Notes under the pieces: generated by a model
The model's input: only the letters and a program-made list of their open reading frames with translations
What the model was told of the DNA's origin: nothing
The model's database searches: none
Shown here: one piece after another, positions 36,997-46,818 of the stretch
How the letters are laid out: each line of letters starts with the position of its first letter
Numbering within the stretch: position 1 is the first letter of the stretch
Translations under genes and position numbers: made by a program
DNA from: Candidatus Woesearchaeota archaeon B3_Woes
Lineage (GTDB): Archaea; Nanobdellota; Nanobdellia; Woesearchaeales; B3-WOES
Reading direction: 5' to 3'
DNA: 64,000 nucleotides
Assembly (NCBI GenBank): GCA_005222965.1
Contig: NJBG01000001.1
Location: 208,323 to 272,322, forward strand

Positions 36997-38051
36997 ATTG
37001 ATTTAATGGTATTTCCTTCTACTTTAAATTTTTTCCCAAGAAATTGTTCTACAACATAGATATTTGTTAGAGTATGGTTAGTTATTTTAGAAGTTTTTAT
37101 TTCACTTCCAGGAATTAAACCCATAAATGGAATTAGATTATCTGCTAAATGCTGATCAACTGGTGCTTTAGAATTTATTTCATCTATTAATTTTTGAGCA
37201 GCCTCTTTTCCAACATCTCCAGAAGGTTTTCCTTTTTCTCCAAGAGCATCAGAACCAATTTTAATTGGGTTCAAATAACCTAGTTCTTCTTCTTCCTTTG
37301 AAAAAACAGCCCACAAGGTTATTCCAGAGCCAGTTGATAATGTATCTGAATATTGTGCATCAATTGTTATAGGAACTTTTAATTGACTTAAATTTATTTT
37401 AGCTGATTTTAATTGTCTTTCTGCTACTTCTATCTCCTGTAAATCATGTGAAGCATGACTTATTCCTTTTATCTGAATTAGGCCTCCTTGTTCTGTTAAA
37501 TCTATTTTAGGAGAATCTTCAAGATTTTCTAAGTTGTATTTTGGCCTTATTGTCAATATTATTTTTCCTCCTCCTTTTGGATAATAACCCCTTTTCTCTA
37601 ATTTTAATTCTATTTTTTCTGCATATTTATTTAGCTGAGGTAGAATTATTTCCTTAAGATAATCTATTTGGGGACTATACTTAACATCTGTTCCGCCAAC
37701 TATTTCTATTTTTTTTGCTTTTTGTGAGAATAAACAAGGCAAAAGCAAAGACTGCAATAATAAAGTTATAGAACCTGCTGTTTCTATATCCACTTTTATT
37801 TTTGTAGAACTAATTTTATTTGGAAAATATCTTAATTTTTCAGAACCAAGTTCATCTCCACCAACCTTAGCATTGCATAATTGCTGTAAAGCCTTAATAC
37901 AATACAAATGCTGATTTTTCAAGCCTGGCTTAGGTCTTCCTTTTCTTATATTTATTATTTCAAATGGTTTTTGAAACAAAGTAGAATAAGCCAAAGCAGT
38001 ACGTAATATCTGTCCTCCGCCTTCGTTGTAAGATCCATCTATTTGTAGCAT
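36993..38051 (-). CDS. rtcA: RNA 3'-terminal phosphate cyclase
   Basis: IDGSYNEGGGQILRTAL, RPKPGL..QH, GYYPKGGG, DQHLADNL, HTLTN. Confidence 0.96.
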   Translation of the reverse strand: MLQIDGSYNEGGGQILRTALAYSTLFQKPFEIINIRKGRPKPGLKNQHLYCIKALQQLCNAKVGGDELGSEKLRYFPNKISSTKIKVDIETAGSITLLLQSLLLPCLFSQKAKKIEIVGGTDVKYSPQIDYLKEIILPQLNKYAEKIELKLEKRGYYPKGGGKIILTIRPKYNLENLEDSPKIDLTEQGGLIQIKGISHASHDLQEIEVAERQLKSAKINLSQLKVPITIDAQYSDTLSTGSGITLWAVFSKEEEELGYLNPIKIGSDALGEKGKPSGDVGKEAAQKLIDEINSKAPVDQHLADNLIPFMGLIPGSEIKTSKITNHTLTNIYVVEQFLGKKFKVEGNTIKSI

Positions 38052-38107
38052 AATTAATGAAAAAAACAGTAGTTTATATATTTAGCTCAAAATACCCGAA
38101 ATCTTTA

Positions 38108-38145
38108 TATACTAGTAATAAGTGTGTATAATATATACTAGTATA
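38108..38145. promoter_or_regulatory. Two TATACTAGTA(TA) palindromes upstream of a small wHTH gene
   Basis: 38108-38117 and perfect 12-bp palindrome at 38134-38145. Confidence 0.45.
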
Positions 38146-38150
38146 AAGGA

Positions 38151-38357
38151 ATGGCAAAGCTAGAAAGAGTTATTGCGGAAACAAAAGAAATTCTTAGAAA
38201 AGATACTAGAGGATTGACTATTAGAGAGATTTCTGAAAAAACTAAAGTTTCTAGGATAACTGCTGCAATGGCTTTAATGAAACTAGAAGGAGCTGAATTA
38301 ATTGATGTAAGAGTTATTGGAAATTGTAAATTACATTATTTGAAATATGGTAAATAA
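38151..38357 (+). CDS. Small winged-helix DNA-binding protein
   Basis: GLTIREISEKTKVSRITA...LEG..I..R.IG..KLH. Confidence 0.8.
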   Translation: MAKLERVIAETKEILRKDTRGLTIREISEKTKVSRITAAMALMKLEGAELIDVRVIGNCKLHYLKYGK

Positions 38358-38358
38358 A

Positions 38359-40539
38359 TTACAAAGAAGCTATTTTAAGATCTGTTTCTAATTCTATCAA
38401 ATCATAATTTATTCCTTTCTTCTCTTTATCTCCAGCTCTAATTTTTCTCTGCATTGATTGTATTTGTTTTATCAAAGAAGTTGCTTCAGCTATCTGATTA
38501 GAATTTATTAATTTCCTAGCTTCCTCTATAGATGAATGGATATCTTCATATTTGGTTTTATCTTCTGCTTTTTTAGGAGTTTTAGGAACAGCATCTTTTA
38601 ATTGTTCAACAAATTCTTTTTCTTCAATTTTAGCTAATTTCTCTTCAATAATTCCTTCTTTGTCCCATAATTTTCTTTCTCTTGATTCAACACCTTTTAT
38701 TTTATCTTCAGTACGAATCATATCTAATTCTTTCATCACACTTTTTTCTTCTATTGCTTTTAACTCTTCTAAATCCTGTCTCTTTTGTTCACTCAAAAGA
38801 TTCTCCTCATCATCTAACTCTCTTAAGAATCTGTTTTTATCTTCAATCTTTCTGTTTAATGAATTATAAACATCAGTTAAGATAGCTATCCTGCGGTTTA
38901 AATCTTCTGCTTTATCTACTAGCTCTTTAGATCTCCTTATTTTTGCTTCCCTCTCTGATACTATTTTTTCCCTTTTATCAAGATTAGAAACATGACTTTT
39001 AACATATTTTTCTTTTTTACTTATTGAATCTTTAGATTTCTCAATCTTTTCTAAAGTTTTATTATATTTATCAGCATTTTTCAAAGAATTATCTAATTCT
39101 TTTTTACTATCAATAAATACTTTCTTGCTGTCCTCTAATAAGCCTTCTATAGTATCCCATTCTTCTTTTAAACCGTCTACTTTATTTTCTTTTTCAGCTA
39201 ATTTAAAATCTATTTCATCTTTTATTTTAAATATAATAGAAGCATTTGCTCTTAACACATCTTTCTTCTTTTTTAACTCTTTTAATCTGGCTGTTACTTG
39301 ATCTTCTTCATTAAGCAGTAAAGCTCTGTTATCTTCAACTTCTTTTAATTTAGCATTAACATCTTTTTCTCTTTGTGATAAATCCTTTTGTTGATCTTCT
39401 AATCCTTTAGTTTTACTCATATTTTGATTTTGTAAAGAACTTATCTCTTTTTTTGCCATTTCTAATTCTTTATTTTTACTAAAATGCTCCTTGCCTAAAA
39501 CATCAAGTTCCAATTTTTTCTTTTTTATTTCTTCTTCAATTGGTTTTTTACTATCTTTTAATTTTTTTACCTCTTTTTCCCATTTCACCCTGTCTTTAAT
39601 AATGTTAGAAGCTTGTTTTTCGAGGTCTTTTTGTTTATTTTTCATTAAACTTTCCTGAACACTTACTAACCTCTCTCTTTCAGAAATCTTTTTCAAAACA
39701 TCTTCACGTTTCTTCATAAGTTCAAGTTTTCTATTAATTTCATCTTCTTTTTTTACAAGGCGAAGTTTTTCAAGAGCTCCTTCTTTGCTTTTACGAACAA
39801 ATTCATTTCTAATATTCTGAAGTTCTTTTTTCATTCCTAATAAATTTGATTCAATAGATTTTTTCTCGTTTGATAATATTGTTACCTCTTTTCCCAGTTG
39901 TAATTTTTTCTTCAAACTCTTGTTTAATGATTCCTCTATTTTCCTCTCTCTATTTTTCATTAAATCTTCTCTGGAATTAATCAATATCTCTCTATCAGAA
40001 ACCTTTCTTTCTCTTAGATTAATTTCATTTGCCGCTTCTTTTAATTTTTCAAATTCTTTTAAACCAGCTAAAATCTCTTTTTCTTTCTCCAACAATATTT
40101 TTTTATCGTCGTTTGTTATTTTTTGTCTTTTTCTAAATTCTTGTTCAACTAATTTTAATTTTTTTCCCTTTTCGGTTAATTGATTGTCAAGTAATCTGTC
40201 TTTTTTAGTAAATTCTTTTTCTAAATAATCTTTCTTTCTATTAAGCAAGAATATCTTCCTTTCAAGATATGCTTTATCTTTTTTCCATTTGTGTTGATCA
40301 CGGCTTAGTTGTTTATGCCCTGCCATAATTTCCATTTCTTGTTCATTAAGTTGTGTTGATTTAACACTAGCATATTTCTCAACTTCAAGCTTTTTTTGTT
40401 CAAGTTCTTTTTTTAACCTATTGATTTTGGTAACTTTCCTACTCTTCACTTTTTTCTTAGAAACAGGTTTTGGAGGAGAGGGAGCCTTATCTAACACTTT
40501 ATTTTTATCCTTCTTGCCAAATCCCAACCCCATACCCAA
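38359..40539 (-). CDS. Long coiled-coil protein
   Basis: 726 aa K/E/L-rich heptads; no ATPase motifs. Confidence 0.75.
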   Translation of the reverse strand: MGMGLGFGKKDKNKVLDKAPSPPKPVSKKKVKSRKVTKINRLKKELEQKKLEVEKYASVKSTQLNEQEMEIMAGHKQLSRDQHKWKKDKAYLERKIFLLNRKKDYLEKEFTKKDRLLDNQLTEKGKKLKLVEQEFRKRQKITNDDKKILLEKEKEILAGLKEFEKLKEAANEINLRERKVSDREILINSREDLMKNRERKIEESLNKSLKKKLQLGKEVTILSNEKKSIESNLLGMKKELQNIRNEFVRKSKEGALEKLRLVKKEDEINRKLELMKKREDVLKKISERERLVSVQESLMKNKQKDLEKQASNIIKDRVKWEKEVKKLKDSKKPIEEEIKKKKLELDVLGKEHFSKNKELEMAKKEISSLQNQNMSKTKGLEDQQKDLSQREKDVNAKLKEVEDNRALLLNEEDQVTARLKELKKKKDVLRANASIIFKIKDEIDFKLAEKENKVDGLKEEWDTIEGLLEDSKKVFIDSKKELDNSLKNADKYNKTLEKIEKSKDSISKKEKYVKSHVSNLDKREKIVSEREAKIRRSKELVDKAEDLNRRIAILTDVYNSLNRKIEDKNRFLRELDDEENLLSEQKRQDLEELKAIEEKSVMKELDMIRTEDKIKGVESRERKLWDKEGIIEEKLAKIEEKEFVEQLKDAVPKTPKKAEDKTKYEDIHSSIEEARKLINSNQIAEATSLIKQIQSMQRKIRAGDKEKKGINYDLIELETDLKIASL

Positions 40540-40638
40540 AAAACGTCACTAGTCCTTTATTAATCTTTATTACCCTTTTGGAATGGTATAAAGAGCTGCA
40601 ATCGTAATATTTATAAAGGCATCTTTAATCCATAGGTC

Positions 40639-40815
40639 ATGGAAGACCAAAAATTAATATGTTCATCTTGTAAAAAAAGAATAACAAACAAACAAGGAGT
40701 AGTTAGATTTATGTGTCCTAACTGCGAAAAACAAGAGATAGTTAGATGTAAATCATGCAGACAAAACGCTGCAAAATACAAATGTCAATCCTGTGATTTT
40801 GCTGGTCCTAATTGA
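40639..40815 (+). CDS. Zn-ribbon protein (DUF1610/HVO_2753-like), not in the ORF track
   Basis: MEDQKLICSSCKKRIT...FMCPNC...IVRCKSCR...YKCQSCDFAGPN; four CxxC; usual position before EF-1beta. Confidence 0.92.
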   Translation: MEDQKLICSSCKKRITNKQGVVRFMCPNCEKQEIVRCKSCRQNAAKYKCQSCDFAGPN

Positions 40816-40816
40816 A

Positions 40817-41095
40817 ATGACAAACGTAATTATTACACTAAAGATAATGCCTGAATCTCCTGAAGTAGATTTAACTAAACTTAAAGAAGAAACACTAAAA
40901 CTAATAAAAGAGTTTGCAGGAGAAGGTGAAACAAAAACAGAGGAAAAACCAATTGCATTTGGTTTAAAATCACTGGATATAATCTTTATTATGGATGAAT
41001 CACAAGGTTCAACAGATTCATTAGAAGAAAGCATAAAATCAATTTCTGGAGTTCAATCAGTAGAAGTTATTGATGTTAGAAGAGCTATTGGTTAA
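40817..41095 (+). CDS. ef1b: Translation elongation factor 1-beta
   Basis: KIMPESPEVDL, PIAFGLKSL, V.SVEV. Confidence 0.95.
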   Translation: MTNVIITLKIMPESPEVDLTKLKEETLKLIKEFAGEGETKTEEKPIAFGLKSLDIIFIMDESQGSTDSLEESIKSISGVQSVEVIDVRRAIG

Positions 41096-41138
41096 TTATT
41101 ATCTAAAAAATAATTAACACACAAAAAATTGTGAAGTT

Positions 41139-41597
41139 CTAAACTGGGTATTGCCTATCTTGAATTGGATTAGTATGTTGCGTTGAATGACCTAAATTTG
41201 ATTCTAAACCTTGAGAATGCTGTAATGCATCTTCAACTACACTTAATAGTTGTGTTAATTCAAATGGTTTATCTAAAACAGCAACAGGATTTAATTCATT
41301 TATTCTATCCTTTTGACTATCATCCATTCCACCACTCATAAATATAATAGAAGAGCCATTTATTCCTTCTTCTTCAATTTGTTTATAAAATCCAGGACCG
41401 TCTAAATTAGGCATGCAAACATCACTAATATAAAGATCAAAAGGGGTTTCTTCTTCATATGCTTCTCTTACAGCATCCACTCCTTTTAACCCATCTTCTA
41501 CGGTAACAACATTATAGCCTTTTCCTTGTAGTATCATTAAACAGAAATCTCTACATTGTTTAGTATCATCTAAAACTAAAATTTTTTCTCCAGCCAT
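41139..41597 (-). CDS. Stand-alone response regulator receiver (CheY-like)
   Basis: ILVLDD, SDVCMPNLDG (phospho-Asp), FMSG, KPF. Confidence 0.9.
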   Translation of the reverse strand: MAGEKILVLDDTKQCRDFCLMILQGKGYNVVTVEDGLKGVDAVREAYEEETPFDLYISDVCMPNLDGPGFYKQIEEEGINGSSIIFMSGGMDDSQKDRINELNPVAVLDKPFELTQLLSVVEDALQHSQGLESNLGHSTQHTNPIQDRQYPV

Positions 41598-41661
41598 TTT
41601 TTATAATACCTATATTTATTTACTACTTAAAAATAATAACATATATTTAAAACTTTGCATT

Positions 41662-43119
41662 TTAAACATTAATATCTTCAATTGCTTTTTCTGCTTCTTT
41701 TCCTGATTTCATATTTTTGATTTTTATTTTTCCTTTTTTTAATTCATCAGGACCAATTACAATTACATTTTTTGCTTTAATTTTGTTTGCATAATCAAAT
41801 TGATTGCCTAAATTTCTCTGCATTAGATCAATATCTACTCTATATTTTTTTCTTAGATTAAAAGCAATTTCAAAAGCTTTTTCTTTAACATCTTTATTTA
41901 CAATTGCAATATAATAATCAACACCAATATCTTCTTTTGGTAATAGTCCCTTTTCTTTTAATAATAATCTTAAGGTAGAATATCCCATCCCAAAACCAGT
42001 AGAAGGTGTTTTATCCCCTTTAAATAATTCAATCATGTTGTCATATCTCCCACCACCAGCAATGCTTCTAAATTTTTCTTTTGTGTCGGATATTTCAAAA
42101 ACAGTTCCTGTATAATATGCTAAACCCCTAACAACACTAAAATCAACTTTTATAAATTTTTTATCTACTAATTTTAAGATTTCTTTTAGTTCTTTTAGGC
42201 CTTGTTTTGCTAATTCGTTTTTTGGATTTAGATTATTTATTTTAGAATCAAGAAAAATTTTTATTTTTTTTATCTGATCAAGAGTTATATCTATTTTTTC
42301 AAGCTCAGAATTAAATTCATCTTCACTAATCTTTTTTCTTTTGTCAATAATCCTCATCACATCTTCTAATTGTTTTTCTTCAACAATTTCTGATAGCAAC
42401 CCCTGTATAAGTTTACGATTATTTATTTTAACAAAAAAATCTTTTTCATTTAAACCAAGAGATTTTAATGATTCTATTGATAAATTAATTATTTCTGCAT
42501 CTGCTTCAGGTTTAGAGCAGCCATAGATTTCAACATTAAACTGAAAAAATTCTCTTTGGCGTCCTGCTTGCGGTTTTTCATATCTAAAAACCCTGTTAAT
42601 ACAAAACCATTTAACTGGTTTTGGTATTGCTTTTTGTTTTGCAATAAACATTCTGGCCAAAGAAGGGGTAAATTCAGCTCTTAAAGCAAGTTCTTCGTCT
42701 CCTTTTTTTTCAGTAATAAATATTTGTTTTATGATTTCATCTCCTTGTTTCGCCTTTAATAAATCTAGATCTTCAATTACAGGACTATCTACCTCTAGAA
42801 AACCAAATTTTAAAGCATTTTTTCTTAGTACATCAAATACTTTATTTCTAATAGACATCTCTTCAGGGTAATAATCTTCAGTGCCTTTTGGATTTTGAAA
42901 TTGTTCTTTTACTTCTTTTTGAATTTTTTCCTGTATTGTTTTTATTTCTTCTTCTCTTGCAGGAGGTATCCCCTTAGGGGTTTCTTTAGAAGTAACCAAC
43001 ATTCTGACAGAATCCCTAACAGCCTCAGAAACATTAGGATATATTCCTAAGTCTACTAAAATCTTTATTTCATTGATTAATCCATTAGTTAGCCTTATTT
43101 GCATAGTTTGCATTACCAT
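41662..43119 (-). CDS. hisS: Histidyl-tRNA synthetase with N-terminal ribbon-helix-helix domain
   Basis: PKGTED, LRAEFT, FRYEKPQAGRQREF.Q, RGLAYYTG, GGGRYD; N-terminal QIRL...G.YPNVSEAVRD. Confidence 0.95.
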   Translation of the reverse strand: MVMQTMQIRLTNGLINEIKILVDLGIYPNVSEAVRDSVRMLVTSKETPKGIPPAREEEIKTIQEKIQKEVKEQFQNPKGTEDYYPEEMSIRNKVFDVLRKNALKFGFLEVDSPVIEDLDLLKAKQGDEIIKQIFITEKKGDEELALRAEFTPSLARMFIAKQKAIPKPVKWFCINRVFRYEKPQAGRQREFFQFNVEIYGCSKPEADAEIINLSIESLKSLGLNEKDFFVKINNRKLIQGLLSEIVEEKQLEDVMRIIDKRKKISEDEFNSELEKIDITLDQIKKIKIFLDSKINNLNPKNELAKQGLKELKEILKLVDKKFIKVDFSVVRGLAYYTGTVFEISDTKEKFRSIAGGGRYDNMIELFKGDKTPSTGFGMGYSTLRLLLKEKGLLPKEDIGVDYYIAIVNKDVKEKAFEIAFNLRKKYRVDIDLMQRNLGNQFDYANKIKAKNVIVIGPDELKKGKIKIKNMKSGKEAEKAIEDINV

Positions 43120-43138
43120 AGTGATGTATTCGTAATGC
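43110..43138. promoter_or_regulatory. Candidate operator overlapping the hisS start
   Basis: GCATTAC-N15-GTAATGC inverted repeat. Confidence 0.45.
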
Positions 43139-43270
43139 TTTTTACTATATAAATCTTGCTATTTTGAGCTAAAATATCTTAAAAATAAAGAAAAGAGCAA
43201 TTAAATACATTATAAACAGGAAATTATTTAAATCATTATTTTCCATAAATTAATATTAAGGAGGTAAAAG

Positions 43271-43552
43271 ATGAAAACAATAAAAAAATTAGGGGTTTTG
43301 TCTGTTGCAAAGATACAAGGAGTCATAATGGCTTTTATAGGATTGTTATACGGAATAGTCTACACTATATTTGGTAACCTATCAGATGTCCTTGCAGAAG
43401 CAGGTGCAGTTGGTGTTGGTCTAGGTTATGCTGGGATTATCATTCTACCATTTTTTTACGGGATATTTGGATTTATAGGGGGAGCTTTTGTAGCTTTCTT
43501 ATACAATAACGTTGCTGATAGAGTTGGAGGAATCCAGATAGAATTAAAATAA
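43271..43552 (+). CDS. Small membrane protein (DUF3566-like)
   Basis: IKKLGVLSVAK...LYN.VA..VGGI.IEL. Confidence 0.75.
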   Translation: MKTIKKLGVLSVAKIQGVIMAFIGLLYGIVYTIFGNLSDVLAEAGAVGVGLGYAGIIILPFFYGIFGFIGGAFVAFLYNNVADRVGGIQIELK

Positions 43553-43554
43553 AC

Positions 43555-44433
43555 TTATATTTTAGTTAAACAAACAACTTTATCATCAATTAAAAAAGAA
43601 TTTTCAGCTTGACTAACTAATCCTCCTTGTTTCTCAACCAAAGGGGGATACTCATGTAATATTTTCAATAGCTTTAATTGATTTAAAGAATATCTTACTT
43701 GAGCTTCTGAAAATTTGTTTGTCAGCCATCTTGTTGTAAAAGGCAAACCATTTAATTTTTCAATCTCTTTTTGTATATTTCTGACAAATCCTACTCTAAC
43801 AGATTTTTTTCCTGTTAAACCAAAAACAGATGGATCTCCTTTTTCTTCTATCAAACCAATTCCATTTGTTGCAAATGGTTCGATTGCAATTGTCATTCCT
43901 TTTGTTAATGTGGTTTCATCTTTATTATCAAAATTAGGAATTGTTGGAATATCATGTATATTCCATTGAGACAATCCATGTCCAGATAGATTTCTTACAG
44001 GCTTAAAACCAAAACTCTCAATAGTTTGTTGAATTGTTTTTCCAATATCCTTTAATTTTGTTCCAATCTGTAATATTTTTGTTGCTTCTTTTAGTGCTTC
44101 TTCGCTTGCCTTAACTAACTCAGAATTTTGACCAGACAAATCAACAGAACATGCACAATCTCCTATAAACCCATTAATATGAACTCCAATATCTAAACAA
44201 ACTAATTGATTTTCTAAAACTATTTTATCATCTTTTTCAGGACAGAAATGTGCTGCAATATCATCACAACTTATTTGAGGCGGAAATGCAAAATCACCAC
44301 CAGAACTTTTAATTTTTTCTTCTACTTTCTCAATAACATCCAATAGATATGAACCTTTTTTTATTAATGATTTTCCATATTCTCTGGCTTCTGCTGCTAA
44401 TCTTCCTGCTTTAATATAATCTTCTCGTAACAT
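43555..44433 (-). CDS. map: Methionine aminopeptidase type II
   Basis: AFP, AAHF, DIGVHING.IGD, LSGH, AIEPFAT. Confidence 0.95.
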   Translation of the reverse strand: MLREDYIKAGRLAAEAREYGKSLIKKGSYLLDVIEKVEEKIKSSGGDFAFPPQISCDDIAAHFCPEKDDKIVLENQLVCLDIGVHINGFIGDCACSVDLSGQNSELVKASEEALKEATKILQIGTKLKDIGKTIQQTIESFGFKPVRNLSGHGLSQWNIHDIPTIPNFDNKDETTLTKGMTIAIEPFATNGIGLIEEKGDPSVFGLTGKKSVRVGFVRNIQKEIEKLNGLPFTTRWLTNKFSEAQVRYSLNQLKLLKILHEYPPLVEKQGGLVSQAENSFLIDDKVVCLTKI

Positions 44434-44466
44434 AATACAAAATAAAAGAACTTGTTTATTTAAATC

Positions 44467-44952
44467 TTAGTATATTATAGCAACAACAACTCTTTTTATA
44501 TTCTCAAACCTTATCTTATATGGGTCTGTTTTTTTTAAATTATCTCCTTTTGTTATCGCATACCATCCTTCTTCATCAAAACCAACTTCAACAACCCTAT
44601 GTATAATTGTACCATCTACTTCATCAATTTCATAAGAAATAATATCGCCTGGGTTAATCATTCTATAATTTTTTGGTATGATTTCTATTGTATTAGTATC
44701 TTTATCTAATATAGGATCCATTGAATTAGTATCTGTAAATTTGGCCCATTCAGCTCCTTCAATTTCAATTATAACTTTATTCCCATAAACCTTAATTTGG
44801 CTTTCCTTTATCCAGTTTGAAGGAGATAATTTGTCTGTAACAGCATTATTCAATAAAGAAGGCTGTTCAATATTATAATCATAGCTATAGCTGGAAAAAA
44901 CCATTACAAAAAAAACTAAGACTAATAATAATTTTTTAATTTTAACCCCCAA
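44467..44952 (-). CDS. Signal peptidase I (S26/Sec11)-like protein
   Basis: TNSMDP, GDII, IIHRVV, TKGDN..DP. Confidence 0.8.
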   Translation of the reverse strand: MGVKIKKLLLVLVFFVMVFSSYSYDYNIEQPSLLNNAVTDKLSPSNWIKESQIKVYGNKVIIEIEGAEWAKFTDTNSMDPILDKDTNTIEIIPKNYRMINPGDIISYEIDEVDGTIIHRVVEVGFDEEGWYAITKGDNLKKTDPYKIRFENIKRVVVAIIY

Positions 44953-45046
44953 AATAAAAAAAGAATGAATCCTTTATAAATTTTAGTATTTTAAAGTAGT
45001 TACAAAAGAAAAGTTTATAAACAGATGGCACATCCATTAACACAAA

Positions 45047-46456
45047 ATGTATAATGGTAAAGTGTGTAAATTCGGAGGCAGTTCACTTGCTGATGCAGAT
45101 AAAATTAAGCAGGCAGCAGGTATTATTCTAGGAGATGATGACAGGCGAATTGTTGTTGTATCTGCATTTGGAGGGGTAACAAACCAATTAATAGAATTAG
45201 TAGAAACACAACATAGGAACCATAGGGTTGATTTCCAGCCCATGCAACATTTAGAGAAAAAATTACTCTCTATTTCTCAGGGATTAGGAATTGATGATAA
45301 TACAAATAGATTTATGCATGATTTAGATACTAGATTAAGAGAAGAATATTCAAATCCAAAACAACATTCTGACAATGTAAAAGCATGGGGTGAATATGCA
45401 ACTGGTCTTTTTATGACTGAATATCTTAATAAGATGGGGGCTAATGCAAAATTTATTGATTCTAAAGAAATGATAGTTGTATCTGATGATTTTGGCAATG
45501 CAATAATCTTGCCTGAATCTGATGAAAAAATAATAGCTGAATTAGGGAATTTAGAAGAAATCGCAGTTACTTCAGGGTTTTATGGATCTACAAAAAATGG
45601 AGTAATCGCAGCACTCCCTAGGGGTGGTTCAGACACAGTAGGTGGCAAAATAGCAGGAGTTTTAAGAGCTGAAATATATGAAAATTTTACAGATGTTGAC
45701 AACATTAGGAGAGTAAGCTGTATAGAAGATGCTCTTCCAATAGATGTTATGACATATGATGAAGCAATGGGGCTTTCATATCTTGGATTTAGTGTTTTAA
45801 AAGTTGATGCAATTAAGCCCTGCCTGGAAGCAGATGTTCCAATCCATGTCAGAAACACATTTAATCCGGATAAAGAGGGCACATGGATTGTAAAGCACAG
45901 GAAAAGTGATGATCATGCGATTACTGGAATTGCATTCAAGCCAGGTTATTGCAGTTTGAACATAAGAAAGGTATTGTTTTCAAGAGATCCAAATCATATT
46001 TTGGCAACCTACCTCCTTCATACTGAAGTAGGAGTTACTAGTTTTGGTGAATTTCCAATAGAACATGCGCCAACAGATGTCTCAAATATTTCCTTTATAA
46101 TTCCCCAAGAATATTTTACAAATATGACTGTTAACAGAGTAACCCGTCATCTTGCGGATTATTTTAAAATTCCGAGTGATGATATAACACCAGATTATAA
46201 TCCAATTTCATTAATATCGGTAGTTGGTCAGGGCATGAAAGAAAAACCAGGTGTCTCAGCAAGAATTGCAGGAGCAATTGCATTAGAAGGAGTTAATATA
46301 AAGTTTATAACACAAGGAGCTTCAGAGCTAAGTATCATCTATGGGGTTAATGAAACAAATAATGAGCCAGTAAATGCCAGAAAAGCTGTTGAAGCAATTT
46401 ATAATGAGTTTTTTGTTGAACCAAAAATAGGTAGGGCATTGAACTTGGTTAAATAA
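45047..46456 (+). CDS. lysC: Aspartate kinase with ACT domains
   Basis: KFGGSS, VVVSA, RGGSD, FTDVD, NTFNP, SVVGQGM, QGASE. Confidence 0.92.
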   Translation: MYNGKVCKFGGSSLADADKIKQAAGIILGDDDRRIVVVSAFGGVTNQLIELVETQHRNHRVDFQPMQHLEKKLLSISQGLGIDDNTNRFMHDLDTRLREEYSNPKQHSDNVKAWGEYATGLFMTEYLNKMGANAKFIDSKEMIVVSDDFGNAIILPESDEKIIAELGNLEEIAVTSGFYGSTKNGVIAALPRGGSDTVGGKIAGVLRAEIYENFTDVDNIRRVSCIEDALPIDVMTYDEAMGLSYLGFSVLKVDAIKPCLEADVPIHVRNTFNPDKEGTWIVKHRKSDDHAITGIAFKPGYCSLNIRKVLFSRDPNHILATYLLHTEVGVTSFGEFPIEHAPTDVSNISFIIPQEYFTNMTVNRVTRHLADYFKIPSDDITPDYNPISLISVVGQGMKEKPGVSARIAGAIALEGVNIKFITQGASELSIIYGVNETNNEPVNARKAVEAIYNEFFVEPKIGRALNLVK

Positions 46457-46476
46457 ATTATATGGGTGAAGATTAA

Positions 46477-46764
46477 ATGAACAAACAAGCAATGATACAA
46501 GAACTCACAGACAAAGTAAATATAGAGTTTGATGACACTAGGCAACCAATAGTAACTGAAGTAGTTCTTGACAGAGTTGCAGCCTTTCTCTTTGAACAGA
46601 TTGAAAAAGTGCATAAGGCAAAACAAAGATTACCTAACTATTCATTTCTTTATGATGTTATATCTGCGGTTGTTGGCCGGGAACACTTCTCAGAATGCAT
46701 CCACTACATGAGACAAACTTATCCAGATGAGCTGAAAGAAATGGGATTCCCTGATATGACCTAA
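46477..46764 (+). CDS. Hypothetical protein
   Basis: 95 aa ORF with ggtga RBS, downstream of lysC. Confidence 0.55.
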   Translation: MNKQAMIQELTDKVNIEFDDTRQPIVTEVVLDRVAAFLFEQIEKVHKAKQRLPNYSFLYDVISAVVGREHFSECIHYMRQTYPDELKEMGFPDMT

Positions 46765-46818
46765 AAGAAATGGGATGCAAAGCTTTCGATGATTAATGGG
46801 TTTTATTTCTTATGAATA

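Noticed and set aside
38359..40539. SMC/Rad50 or crescentin assignment
   Set aside because: No Walker motifs, hinge or zinc hook; only generic coiled coil.
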